From NCBI GenBank assembly GCA_964389675.1, contig CAYMEV010000008.1, forward strand, positions 43,084 to 107,083: a stretch of DNA of 64,000 nucleotides. The letters run 5' to 3'. This DNA comes from an uncultured Candidatus Sumerlaeota bacterium (GTDB lineage Bacteria; CAYMEV01). This document shows, in pieces, positions 28,761-37,663 of the stretch. The translations under genes and the position numbers were made by a program. The stretch's first letter is position 1. Each line of letters begins with the position of its first letter. Under the pieces are notes generated by a model that made no database searches, was not told where the DNA came from, and worked only from the letters and a program-made list of their open reading frames with translations.

Positions 28761-30395
28761 TCAAATAACTGTCTTCCAGTCAACGTAGAAATTGCCGTTT
28801 GTATCAGCATATCCCCTGCTTGTTACCTTCTTCCTGTTCAGGTACAGGAACCGGAAATAGTCAGTATCATAATATCCCCTGAATCCGCAGACCACGAACC
28901 TTTTGTCCAGCCTGCCGAAATTCACGAAATCATCACCTATCAGGCCTGAATAGTTTGGTATGCTCATGAACCTGCTTGTATCCATCGGTATAAAACCGTA
29001 GGGCGGTATATAGACCTCCGGGATCTCGTGGTCAAGATATCCTGCCCTTGCATCATTTTCCCAGATGCAGAAGCCGATAATAGACCTTGTAGGAAATCCC
29101 AGGCTCTGGCACAGGCTCGAGAATAAAGCGCTGTGATTACCGCATGAACCCTTTTTCTCTTCGAGGATCTTCAGCACAGGGAGTGACTGATAAGGAAGTG
29201 TGTATTCTATCTCCTTTATTACATGCCTGAAAAGCTTTAATACCATAATAAGAAGGTTCTTTTCATCCCCTGTTATCTTTTCAGCCTCCTCCTTTACCTT
29301 ATCATTGGTAAACTGGAAGGTCTTATCGATCGCCTCAAGCAGCTTTTTATCATCCCCTTCAGCCCTTTCATACTGCTTTTTCAGAAGAAACCTGCTGCTT
29401 ACCTCTTCTGGAATATCCTCAAAAGACAGGGTTTTCACGGGGTCAAGATGAAATCTTAAATCCCTTGTAATTGCCTGGAATTTGATTTTAATCTCCCTCA
29501 CCTGTCCCGGAGGCATATCCTTCATATTAAAAAGGGGAGCATGATATTCAGCACCGTCCCAGTAGCCTTTGAGGGAATCAGTAGTCTCGGGGATTATCTC
29601 CGGCGGCTGCATAATATGCTGGTGAAGGTAGTCTTCCGGTTTCAGGCCGGCTGTCATCCAGTTTATAATGGTCCCAGGCCCATTATTAATATATACGTCC
29701 CCCAGTACTATTTCACTTTTCATCGGCTCGCCATGCAGGTCATAGTCCTTTTCAGAGCGCATAAAACCCAGTATGCTGTTTTCTTTGGCATCAATGGTAA
29801 AAAATGTTTTCTCATGCAGGGCTATATCAAGAAGATTCCTGCCTGCAATCTGCTGTTCATCAATTACAACTCCTGTCTTTATATCCATCACAAATACCGA
29901 GCCTTTTATGAAATCCATGGTATACAGGCAGGTGCCGTCGCTGAAAAGCCCCCTTGAGCCATAAGTGGGAGCAGGATAAGTATCAAGAAGCACCTTTGAA
30001 TTTTTATCATAGACAGATATGGAAAGGCTTCTTGAGGGGTACCATGGTATGTCAGGCGACAGCACGAAGAAATTCTTCTTATCAACGGCAATGCCGTAAT
30101 ATGGATGGTTTGCCCTGACAAAGCCCCCGAAGGGATAGCTGTCCTCTGTCTCAGGGTCTATCCTGTTTATGGCATTGTACATTTCATCATAGATATAGAT
30201 AAAATCTTCATCTGATGTAATAAGCTTAGGCCTTACCACTGTTGATGATATTCTCTTTGAAACAGACCTGTCCTTGAGATTTATTACTGATATCTCTCCT
30301 GTACTTATATCTGCAATGTATAAACTGGATCCGTTTATGTCGATACACGACGGGCATGGTGTCGGGATCATCATCTTAAATGATTCCTGGTTCAT
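28761..30395 (-). CDS. Beta-propeller + transglutaminase-like domain protein
   Basis: N-terminal beta-strand repeats; C-terminal 'KKGSCGNHSALF', 'DHEIPEVY', 'IPMDTS' (Cys-His-Asp triad). Confidence 0.75.
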   Translation of the reverse strand: MNQESFKMMIPTPCPSCIDINGSSLYIADISTGEISVINLKDRSVSKRISSTVVRPKLITSDEDFIYIYDEMYNAINRIDPETEDSYPFGGFVRANHPYYGIAVDKKNFFVLSPDIPWYPSRSLSISVYDKNSKVLLDTYPAPTYGSRGLFSDGTCLYTMDFIKGSVFVMDIKTGVVIDEQQIAGRNLLDIALHEKTFFTIDAKENSILGFMRSEKDYDLHGEPMKSEIVLGDVYINNGPGTIINWMTAGLKPEDYLHQHIMQPPEIIPETTDSLKGYWDGAEYHAPLFNMKDMPPGQVREIKIKFQAITRDLRFHLDPVKTLSFEDIPEEVSSRFLLKKQYERAEGDDKKLLEAIDKTFQFTNDKVKEEAEKITGDEKNLLIMVLKLFRHVIKEIEYTLPYQSLPVLKILEEKKGSCGNHSALFSSLCQSLGFPTRSIIGFCIWENDARAGYLDHEIPEVYIPPYGFIPMDTSRFMSIPNYSGLIGDDFVNFGRLDKRFVVCGFRGYYDTDYFRFLYLNRKKVTSRGYADTNGNFYVDWKTVI

Positions 30396-31354
30396 TGTCT
30401 ACCTCCATTTTTTATATTTATAATAACCTTTACAGCATCCTTTTTCCTGGAAAATTCAAATGCCTCAATGCCCTTATCAAGGGTAAAAATATGTGATATT
30501 AAAGGTGTAAGGTCAATATTTCCTCTTAAAAACTCTATGGCCCTGTCAAAATCCCCGCATCTGGATCCCACTACCGTGATCTCGTTTATTACTATACCGG
30601 CAAGGTTAATATCAGTATTATCGGCTGATGTGGTCTTTAAGACAAGAAAGCCTCCGGGTTTTGTAATATTCAATGCATGCAGTATCCCGTCACTTTTCCC
30701 GGTGCAGTCGACAGTAACATCGAATTTCCTGTCTGTATCACCTGTTTTTACAGTCTTTATGCCGAATTTTCCAGCCTTTTTCAGTTTTTCTTCATGCTTA
30801 CCCATCAGAATTACATCCTTAAAATAGCGGCTGAAAGCAATAGCTGAGAGTATCCCCAGTTTGCCGTCGCCAAGCACGCAGATCGAGCTTTCACTTCCAG
30901 GGCTAAACTGGTTAAGAGGCCTTAATGCTGCCGCCAGAGGTTCAATAAAGACAGCATTCAGGCTTGATATGCCGTCCGGTATGATCTTTACATTCCTGTC
31001 AGGGAGCGTAATGTATTCAGCAAGGCATCCGTCTTTTCCCTGTATCCCAAGGACTGTCCTGTCGGGACAATGAGTGTATTTCCCCTGTCTGCAGAAATCG
31101 CATTTACCGCAGTACAGATTGATCTCCCCTGTTACTCTCTTTCCTGTAAGCTCTTTATTGTCAGACTCCTCAACTGCACCGACAAATTCATGCCCCAGTA
31201 CCCCCTGAAATCCCATATATCCCTTTATTATCTCCATATCAGTATTGCATATCCCGGCATATTCAACCCTTATCAGGGATTCTCCGGCCTTTCTGCGGGG
31301 TGTGGGAAGATCCCTGTATTCCAGTGCATTTCCGTTAAAATATAATCCTTTCAT
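30392..31354 (-). CDS. Zinc-dependent alcohol dehydrogenase (MDR family)
   Basis: 'GICNTD', 'GHEFVG', structural Zn motif 'CGKCDFC...C', 'GDGKLG'. Confidence 0.9.
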   Translation of the reverse strand: MKGLYFNGNALEYRDLPTPRRKAGESLIRVEYAGICNTDMEIIKGYMGFQGVLGHEFVGAVEESDNKELTGKRVTGEINLYCGKCDFCRQGKYTHCPDRTVLGIQGKDGCLAEYITLPDRNVKIIPDGISSLNAVFIEPLAAALRPLNQFSPGSESSICVLGDGKLGILSAIAFSRYFKDVILMGKHEEKLKKAGKFGIKTVKTGDTDRKFDVTVDCTGKSDGILHALNITKPGGFLVLKTTSADNTDINLAGIVINEITVVGSRCGDFDRAIEFLRGNIDLTPLISHIFTLDKGIEAFEFSRKKDAVKVIINIKNGGRQ

Positions 31355-31457
31355 CTAAAGACCCTTTTTTTTCTATATCTTACAGCATATATCCCTATGT
31401 TTAAAGAAATTCTTAAAAAAATGGACAAAAAACCAAAATGGTATAAACAGGTCTATT

Positions 31458-32357
31458 ATGATAAAAAATATTGTCATTTTAATTACAGGCCTCCTGGCTC
31501 TTTCAACTGCCTCAATACTTATAAGATTCTGCACCGATGTCCCGCCGATAATGATCGCTACCTACCGCATGGCCATCTCAGCTGCAGTCCTTCTTGTCAT
31601 AAATGCCGCAATCATGAAAAAGAGGCTTTTCAGTGCCCATAAAAACCAGATCATATTATGCATAATTGCCGGGTTATTCCTGGCACTGCATTTTACAGCA
31701 TGGATCGCCTCACTGAAACATACAAGCGTGGCCAATTCTGTTGTACTTGTCACGACCAACCCGATATTTGTAGGTATCTTCTCCTGGCTGATCTTTAAGG
31801 AAAGGCACTCGATCTACCTTCTTCTTGGAATTCTGATGTCATTTGGAGGAACTGTGATAATGGTCTTTGCAAAAACCGGCACTGATACGGCCATGCTCTT
31901 TAATTCAGAGTCTTTTCTTGGAGATATGCTTGCACTTGCAGGCGCTGTAATGGCAAGCGGCTATCTCATAATAGGCAGCAGGGTAAGGAAGAAAATGGGT
32001 ATCATGCAGTACATAACACTTGTCTACACCTTCTGCGCACTGTTCCTGCTTGTATTTTCGCTTGTTTCCCGCACACCCTTCACAGGCTATTCAAAGGATT
32101 CATACATTTACATGCTCCTTCTTGCTGTAATTCCCCAGCTTATCGGGCATACATCCTTCAACTGGGGGTTGAAGCATATAAGCTCCACCAATATTGCCGT
32201 TACAATACTGGGAGAACCTGTAGGAACCATAATTCTTGCCTATACAATTCTTCATGAGACCATAAGCCTCAACCAGGGGCTGGGAATCCTTCTTATCTTC
32301 AGTGCAATAATACTTTCATATAAAAAGGGAAGGAATATTGTATTGAAGAAGGATTAG
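31458..32357 (+). CDS. DMT/EamA family transporter
   Basis: About 10 TM segments with two EamA-like halves; 'TSVANSVVLVTTNPIF', 'LGEPVG'. Confidence 0.9.
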   Translation: MIKNIVILITGLLALSTASILIRFCTDVPPIMIATYRMAISAAVLLVINAAIMKKRLFSAHKNQIILCIIAGLFLALHFTAWIASLKHTSVANSVVLVTTNPIFVGIFSWLIFKERHSIYLLLGILMSFGGTVIMVFAKTGTDTAMLFNSESFLGDMLALAGAVMASGYLIIGSRVRKKMGIMQYITLVYTFCALFLLVFSLVSRTPFTGYSKDSYIYMLLLAVIPQLIGHTSFNWGLKHISSTNIAVTILGEPVGTIILAYTILHETISLNQGLGILLIFSAIILSYKKGRNIVLKKD

Positions 32358-32402
32358 GCCAAAAGGCCCAATCCTTCTGTTATGCTTCTGCTTCTGATTA
32401 TA

Positions 32403-34184
32403 TTATTCGGTAATGGCAGGCCCTGTATACAGCATAAGGGGGTTGGTTGTCCTGCTGTAATGAAAGGACCTTTCGATCCATGTCGTTGCTTCCTTTGCAA
32501 GGCTTTCATAAGCCTCAAAGTTTGCTGTCAATGAGTTTTTCCCCATAAGCTGAGACATGAATCCGCCTTCTGATATCATCTCAAAGAATGTCTTTTCCTT
32601 GGGGTACTGTACAATAAGGAGCTCTTCATCAGCTGGAATATTCAGCTCTTTCTTGAGCAGTTCAATCGCCTTTGGGAGCCCTCCGATCTCGTCAGCAAGG
32701 CCGACTTCAATAGCCTGAGGCCCGGAATAGACCCTGCCTCTTGCATATTCTTCCAGCGCATCCATGGGTATCCCTCTATTTTCTGATACCCTTGTCTTGA
32801 ACTCAGTATATATACTCCCTGCTATCTTATTATAGAATTCCTTTTCATCTTCATTCAAAGGCCTGTGTGTCGAACCGAAATCAGAGAATTTGCCTTCATG
32901 GAAACCATCCATATTGATACCAATCTTCTTATATGTCTCAGACATATCCGGAAATATGGATACAACTCCTATTGACCCGGTTATGGTGCTGGGCTGGAGG
33001 ACTATCTTCCTGCTTGCCATGGATATGTAATATCCGCCTGATGCTGCCACTGAAGACATGCTGACTATGACAGGTTTCTTATCATTTACTTCCTTTACAG
33101 CATCAAGCATTAGCTGGGATGCCAGCGCGCTTCCGCCCGGGCTGTTTACCCTGAATATGACTCCCTTTATTGAATCGTCCCCTGATATCTCCTCAAACTG
33201 CTTAACGACCGTATCGCTTCCGAGTACCTTGGTAAAACCGCCCCATGGTGAGAACTGGTTTCCGCTGCTTCCTGTCCTTATCTCACCCTCCGCATATACA
33301 ACTGCTATCTTCTTTTCAGCTCTCCTGAATTTCGGTGTATATGCAGATATCTTGACAAGGTTTATCTTCTTTCCGTCCTTTATTTTATCCTCAATATTCC
33401 TGTAATAGCAAAGCTCATCTATCAATCCCGCATCGAGGGCTTCCCCGGCAGTTAATGCAGCATACTTGCCCTCCATGATATCTGAATAGAACTTCTCTTT
33501 ATCAAGTCCCCTGTTTTCAGCAATTCCCTTTAACCTTTCATCGAACAGGCTTCCAAACAGCCTCTTATAATCCTCCTCAACCGCATCGCTCATATCTGTC
33601 CTTGAAAGGTTCTCCCCTGCTCCCTTGTACTCGCCCTGGTGAAGGACCTGCATTTTTATCCCGAGCTTGTCCAGCATATCCTTCATATATGGCGTATAAA
33701 TTGAATAGCCTGTAAAGGAGACCATGCAGTTATCAGTATCAGACATATAGATCTTATCAGCAAGGGATGCCAGCCTGTAATTATTCAGAATAAAATTATC
33801 AGCATAGGCATACAATTTCTTTCCTTTGCTCTTAAAATCAACGATCATGCCTTCTATTTCCTCTACGCTTGAAGCTCCCACAGACTGCCCTGAAAGGTCA
33901 ATCAGCAGGCCTTCTATCCTGCTGTCATCCTTTGCTGAGTCAAAGATAGACCTTAATGTGTCAAGACTCAGGGGTTTGTCGAACTGGAACATCTGCGTCT
34001 CTCTGTATTCGTTTACATTCGTTATATCCCACGTGAGATAGGTATTGTCGGTTATTTTAGGCTTTGAGCTGAAGCTTGATACAAAGATTGATATGCCAAT
34101 CACAACACCGGCAAGAAATAGAAACAGAATAAGGCAAATTATAAGAAACTGCCTTAAACATCCGCTCTTAGATTTTTCTGACAT
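32403..34184 (-). CDS. sppA: Signal peptide peptidase SppA (protease IV, long form)
   Basis: N-terminal TM; 'GEYKGAGE' (Lys), 'RVNSPGGS', 'AASGGYY' (Ser), 'TITGSIGV', 'GRVYSG'. Confidence 0.92.
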   Translation of the reverse strand: MSEKSKSGCLRQFLIICLILFLFLAGVVIGISIFVSSFSSKPKITDNTYLTWDITNVNEYRETQMFQFDKPLSLDTLRSIFDSAKDDSRIEGLLIDLSGQSVGASSVEEIEGMIVDFKSKGKKLYAYADNFILNNYRLASLADKIYMSDTDNCMVSFTGYSIYTPYMKDMLDKLGIKMQVLHQGEYKGAGENLSRTDMSDAVEEDYKRLFGSLFDERLKGIAENRGLDKEKFYSDIMEGKYAALTAGEALDAGLIDELCYYRNIEDKIKDGKKINLVKISAYTPKFRRAEKKIAVVYAEGEIRTGSSGNQFSPWGGFTKVLGSDTVVKQFEEISGDDSIKGVIFRVNSPGGSALASQLMLDAVKEVNDKKPVIVSMSSVAASGGYYISMASRKIVLQPSTITGSIGVVSIFPDMSETYKKIGINMDGFHEGKFSDFGSTHRPLNEDEKEFYNKIAGSIYTEFKTRVSENRGIPMDALEEYARGRVYSGPQAIEVGLADEIGGLPKAIELLKKELNIPADEELLIVQYPKEKTFFEMISEGGFMSQLMGKNSLTANFEAYESLAKEATTWIERSFHYSRTTNPLMLYTGPAITE

Positions 34185-34255
34185 TAAAAAACCACCTCTT
34201 TAAGTTTTTAGTTTTAATTTTTAATTAAAAAAATATAGTATGTATTACGGATTTC

Positions 34256-35668
34256 TCAACTCTTTTGTTTTATTTTATTGATTTTTCCTGCAGGCCAGAA
34301 CAGAAACAGGGCATTAATGAAAAAAGCACTGATTATAATTATATTTCCGTTAAAATCCATCCCCGAAAGCAGAATGACCTTCCCGGCAAGAGCTGTTGCC
34401 CCGCCTGCTATTATTGCTGTATTTACCTTCCATTTTGATGTCCTGTACCCGATAAGGCCTGCCAGGGCAGGTATGATAAAGCTTCCTGAAAATATGGTAA
34501 AGGCTGTTAAAAGACTGGATATTATATTTCTTACATAAAGGGAAAATAAAATGCTTAATATACCTGTTACAACAATAAAAATCCTTGTTAAAGGCCTGAA
34601 CCTTTCTCTCTTATTTATGCAGAATATCTCGCTTATTATTGTAGATGCTGTCAGCAGGGTCGTATCTGCAGAACTCATTATAGCAGAAAGCAGTGCCGCG
34701 GTCATAAGGCCTATCGCCCACCCGGGAAGCATATGGAAAGATAATTCTACAAGCACAGTCTGGCTTTTTGTATCGGCATTTAAGATGTTTCTTGCATATA
34801 CGCCAAGATAGACAATGACAAATGAAAATATAAGTATTATAAAGGATGTGAAAATAACGCTTCTTCTGGCAGTCTTCTCATTTTTTGCGCAGAAAAGCCT
34901 TGAATATATATCAGGGCCCACAAAATATGTGGTTGAAAGCGTCAGGAACAGGACAATCAGTTCAAACCACCCGAACCCTTCAGAAAACGGGAAACTGGCC
35001 GGTATCTCTGAAAACACCTCTCCTTCTCCTGAAAACATTACAAAAAGGAACAGATAAAGTATCCCTGTAATTATCAGGCCTGACTGGAGAATATCTGTCT
35101 TAAGGATCGCAACCTGCCCTCCGGCAAGGGTATAAGCCATGAAGACGAAGCCTGAAATGAGGACAGCAATGGAATAATCAAGGGAAAGAAAACTGTTCAG
35201 CACCTTCGCAGACCCTGTTATCTGGGCTGATACAACTCCTGTCCAGGCTACGGGTATTATCACAGAAGATATATAAAAGGCCTGCCTGCCGTAGAAAGAC
35301 CCAATAAGCTCAGGGAAGGAATAATTGCCGTACCTTCTTACCAGCCCTGCAAGGGGATAAAGTATCAGCAACCCGGAAAAAGCGCATAAAAGCCACCACA
35401 TTGCAGAAAAACCCATATTATAGGCCATGTTTGACGTCCCCAGCACAGCTGAGCTTCCGAGAATTGTAGCTGTCAGGCTCCCTGTTATAAGCCAGGTGCC
35501 TGATTTTCTTCCCCCGACAAAAAAATCATCATCTGTCTTTACCTTAAAAACAGATATTATGCCTATAAGAAGCATCACAAAAAAATAAACAAAAACAAAT
35601 AAATATCTCATATATCGCTTAATTATTAAAATTATCTGGAATATTTTTCCATTTAATTTTTTTGTCAA
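34256..35668 (-). CDS. Sodium:solute symporter family protein
   Basis: 'DFFVGGR', 'AAIMSSADT'-like segment (SAIMSSADT), about 13 TM segments. The true start is probably the later Met (MRYLFV). Confidence 0.88.
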   Translation of the reverse strand: MTKKLNGKIFQIILIIKRYMRYLFVFVYFFVMLLIGIISVFKVKTDDDFFVGGRKSGTWLITGSLTATILGSSAVLGTSNMAYNMGFSAMWWLLCAFSGLLILYPLAGLVRRYGNYSFPELIGSFYGRQAFYISSVIIPVAWTGVVSAQITGSAKVLNSFLSLDYSIAVLISGFVFMAYTLAGGQVAILKTDILQSGLIITGILYLFLFVMFSGEGEVFSEIPASFPFSEGFGWFELIVLFLTLSTTYFVGPDIYSRLFCAKNEKTARRSVIFTSFIILIFSFVIVYLGVYARNILNADTKSQTVLVELSFHMLPGWAIGLMTAALLSAIMSSADTTLLTASTIISEIFCINKRERFRPLTRIFIVVTGILSILFSLYVRNIISSLLTAFTIFSGSFIIPALAGLIGYRTSKWKVNTAIIAGGATALAGKVILLSGMDFNGNIIIISAFFINALFLFWPAGKINKIKQKS

Positions 35669-35714
35669 GCATTATTAAAGTGGGTTTAAAATTTATCAGA
35701 TATTTTAAAATTCC

Positions 35715-37067
35715 TGTTGTACCAAAATGATAATGTCCCCATATTGATGATATACTATGTCTCAATAAAGGAGGCATGGTAAGTATGGAGGATATTATCA
35801 GGATGAGCTCAAAGGAATTAAGGAGGCTTGCTATAATTAATAAGGTTATAGAAAGGTCTATGACAGCATTAAAGGCATCAGAGGTTTTAGGATTATCTTA
35901 CAGGCAGACGAAGCGGTTAGTAAAGAGAGTCAGGATTGATAAAGAAAGGGGTATTATTCACAGGTTGAGGGGCAGGCCGGGTAATAGGAGAATTTCAGTG
36001 AGCATAAGGGGAAAGGTTATTGAATTATACAACCGTAAGTATCCGGATTTTGGTCCGACCTTTGCTTCAGAGAAATTAAATGAAATAGATAATATTAATG
36101 TATGTCCTGAGACATTGAGGTTATGGTTATTATCGGAAAGCAAAAGGGTATGGCAGCGCAAGAGGAAGAAGAGTAGAAATTGGAGACCTCGAAAGGAATA
36201 CTCTGGAGAGATGGTTCAGTTAGATGGTTCTGCTCATGATTGGCTGGAGGGCAGAGGGCCATCTATGGTATTGATGGGTATTATAGATGATGCTACTGGG
36301 AGGGTATTCTGCAAATTTTATGATTATGAAGGGACAATCCCCGCAATGGACAGTTGCAAGGGTTATATTTCACAATATGGGATTCCTCAATCGGTTTACC
36401 TGGACAGGCATACAACATATAAATCGACTAAAAAGCAGAGCATAGAGGAGCAGTTGCGTGGTGAGAAATCTATGAGTCAGTTTGAGAGGGCTATGAATGA
36501 TCTTGGTGTATTAGTTATCCATGCCTTTTCTCCCCAGGCTAAGGGTAGGGTAGAGAGATTATTCGGGACATTTCAAGATAGATTGATAAAAGAGATGCGT
36601 CTAAGAGGAATCCAAAGCAAAGAATCAGCAAATCTTTTTCTTGAGGAGTATTTACCAGTATTTAACAGCAAATTTAGCGTACAACCCGTACAGAAAGGCA
36701 ATTTGCACAGGCAATCTCCAGGAGATCATGTACTTTCAGATATATTAAGCATAAAATCAGAGAGGATAATTTCCAATGATGGTGTTGTAAGGTATAACAA
36801 CCGACAATTTCAGTTAGATGGCACCTTTCGCAGAACAAAAACTGTAACGATATCAGAGAGATTGGATGGGACTATTCATATTGCAAATAACGGCATTGAA
36901 CAGAAATTCAGAGAGATTACCTTAGAAGTTATGTTGAGTAAATCTAAGAAGAGACTATATGCTGCATCACCCCAGCTATGTATAGAATACAAAATTCAAG
37001 CTAACAGGAACAGATATGTATAATTCAGTATATTATAAAAAGGGGACATTTCTATTCTGCTTTAACG
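35715..37067 (+). mobile_element. Insertion sequence, ISNCY family (IS1202 group-like)
   Basis: Single DDE transposase flanked by imperfect 26-bp inverted repeats: TGTTGTACCAAAATGATAATGTCCCC (35715-35740) and GGGGACATTTCTATTCTGCTTTAACG (37042-37067), 18/26 matching by hand count. No flanking direct repeat seen. Confidence 0.75.
35776..37023 (+). CDS. ISNCY family transposase (HTH + DDE integrase-core domain)
   Basis: 'MSSKELRR', 'YPDFGPTFASEKL', 'VQLDGSAHDW', 'IDDATG', 'YLDRHT', 'SPQAKGRVERLFGTFQDRL'. Confidence 0.9.
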   Translation: MVSMEDIIRMSSKELRRLAIINKVIERSMTALKASEVLGLSYRQTKRLVKRVRIDKERGIIHRLRGRPGNRRISVSIRGKVIELYNRKYPDFGPTFASEKLNEIDNINVCPETLRLWLLSESKRVWQRKRKKSRNWRPRKEYSGEMVQLDGSAHDWLEGRGPSMVLMGIIDDATGRVFCKFYDYEGTIPAMDSCKGYISQYGIPQSVYLDRHTTYKSTKKQSIEEQLRGEKSMSQFERAMNDLGVLVIHAFSPQAKGRVERLFGTFQDRLIKEMRLRGIQSKESANLFLEEYLPVFNSKFSVQPVQKGNLHRQSPGDHVLSDILSIKSERIISNDGVVRYNNRQFQLDGTFRRTKTVTISERLDGTIHIANNGIEQKFREITLEVMLSKSKKRLYAASPQLCIEYKIQANRNRYV

Positions 37068-37663
37068 AGCTGATTATTTCCTTTGCAGGTTATGGACTTT
37101 ATATATATGATTATTATGAGGATAAATTTACAAGGATCTTATCAGTATGGCCATCATTAATGTCAGCAGATGATATTACAGGAGATACATTTGATGAACT
37201 TGTATGCTGTTTTGATGGATATGGTATATATCTTGGGACATTCAATGGTGAAGGCAGGGATATAATGACTTTTGAAGAAAAATATACTTTCCATGATATT
37301 TCTAACCTAACAGAAGATAAATCCTCAGGAAAAGGCTTAAACTGGATGAAGATCCTTTCAGTTAATCCTGATGGTCCCATGCAAACAGGAAATATAGCCA
37401 ATGATACCGGTTCAGAGATAATAATCAGCTACAGTCAGCTTGCCTATTCATATTCTTATGGATTGGGCTGGTCGCATATATCCTCCATACCGTACTTTGA
37501 ACAGATAATATCAGGTAATTTTACAGACAGCATCAATGAGAATCTGATCATTTATGATACTGAGCTGAATAATCTCTATCTCTGGAGATCTGACAGCGGT
37601 TTGCTTGAGCTCCTGTGGGAAAACAGCGGTGAGGGTGAGATAACAGCAATGTCAACACTATAA
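37068..37663 (+). pseudogene. 3' remnant of an FG-GAP/VCBS-like repeat protein gene truncated at the IS right end
   Basis: Track ORF 37016-37663 starts inside the IS end. After the IR it reads ELIISFAGYGLY...DDITGDTFDELVCCFDGYGIY...GNIANDTGSEIIIS..., i.e. DxxGDxxDEL-type repeats. Its stop overlaps the next start (TAATG). Confidence 0.6.

Noticed and set aside
35669-35714. dif/XerCD-like target site next to the IS1202-group element
   Set aside because: The flank is AT-rich with weak palindromes but does not resemble the XerC/XerD 11-6-11 consensus well enough to call.
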